A DNA stretch of 64,000 bases from a virus. Lineage: Duplodnaviria > Heunggongvirae > Uroviricota > Caudoviricetes. Under the pieces are notes generated by a model. That model was not told the origin of the DNA. It saw only the letters and a program-made list of their open reading frames with translations, and did no database searches. The stretch lies in the IMG/VR virus record IMGVR_UViG_3300037313_001331. One strand, written 5' to 3'. The position numbers and the translations under genes are program-made. This document shows, one piece after another, positions 63,877 through 64,000 of this stretch (the first letter of the stretch is position 1; every line of letters begins with the position of its first letter).

Positions 63877-64000
63877 AATTGTTCATCACGAAAGAAGAAC
63901 TTTCGTGAGTTGTGCCATGACGGTTGTCGGCAGGCTGCCCAGGTCGTCCAGCACGACGTGCTTGTCGTAGTAGTAGCGGACCGACTCCGTCTGAATCCCG
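63877..64000 (-). CDS. partial CDS (C-terminal end)
   Basis: open frame running off the window edge; class B and class A boxes lie downstream of it. Confidence 0.3.

Noticed and set aside
1-64000. CRISPR arrays, rRNA genes, insertion sequences
   Set aside because: No regularly spaced direct repeats with unique spacers, no rRNA-like stretches and no transposase-like ORFs were seen. The only mobile-element signature is the integrase/AlpA/attP module.

Overview
High-GC window (by eye; not computed) that reads as one contiguous segment of a large temperate phage, or phage-like element, rather than host chromosome. Almost every gene is phage-type and there are no host housekeeping genes.

Gene content, from the left end to the right:
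- ABC-type ATPase, HExxH metallopeptidase-like protein and two ParB-like nuclease-domain proteins.
- A block of plus-strand genes headed by an SF2 DEAD/DEAH helicase.
- A repeat-rich, poorly coding region (about 10.1-12.7 kb).
- A long run of small minus-strand genes of unknown function, including an M23 peptidase and a winged-helix protein.
- An internal tyrosine integrase plus AlpA-type excisionase with an attP-like repeat region.
- A large minus-strand DNA-metabolism block: DnaQ-like exonuclease, SPFH lipoprotein, HAD hydrolase, MazG-like protein, P-loop kinase, dUTPase, ThyX, a tRNA-like gene, class II-type ribonucleotide reductase, a small HD hydrolase, RuvC-like resolvase, SbcC/SbcD-like pair, SleB-like cell-wall hydrolase, a SLOG/DUF2493-like protein, RecA-like recombinase, FEN-type 5'-3' exonuclease, an SSB-like protein, a DnaE polymerase with a fused family-4 UDG-like C-terminal domain, a sigma-70-family factor with a translationally coupled Cys-rich ORF, and a MoxR/CobS-like AAA+ ATPase.
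- No virion structural genes are visible in the window.

The most unusual content is non-coding. Two families of conserved intergenic motifs recur throughout:
- Class A is a GTCA-N4-TGAC palindromic box, usually with an ACACA flank, often next to a conserved GCTCCCTATAATG -10-like box.
- Class B is GTTGCGATGG(G/T)TGAAT followed by a GC hairpin.
Both sit just upstream of, and sometimes directly abutting, start codons.

Other notable features are a candidate CU-rich small RNA, a His-like tRNA with an aberrant anticodon arm, and an attP-like region with eight TTCCCACC direct repeats.

Limits: all calls come from manual reading of the six-frame track and raw sequence. Start codons are inferred from SD-like sequences and gene overlaps, functions from remembered family motifs. 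Nothing was searched against databases.
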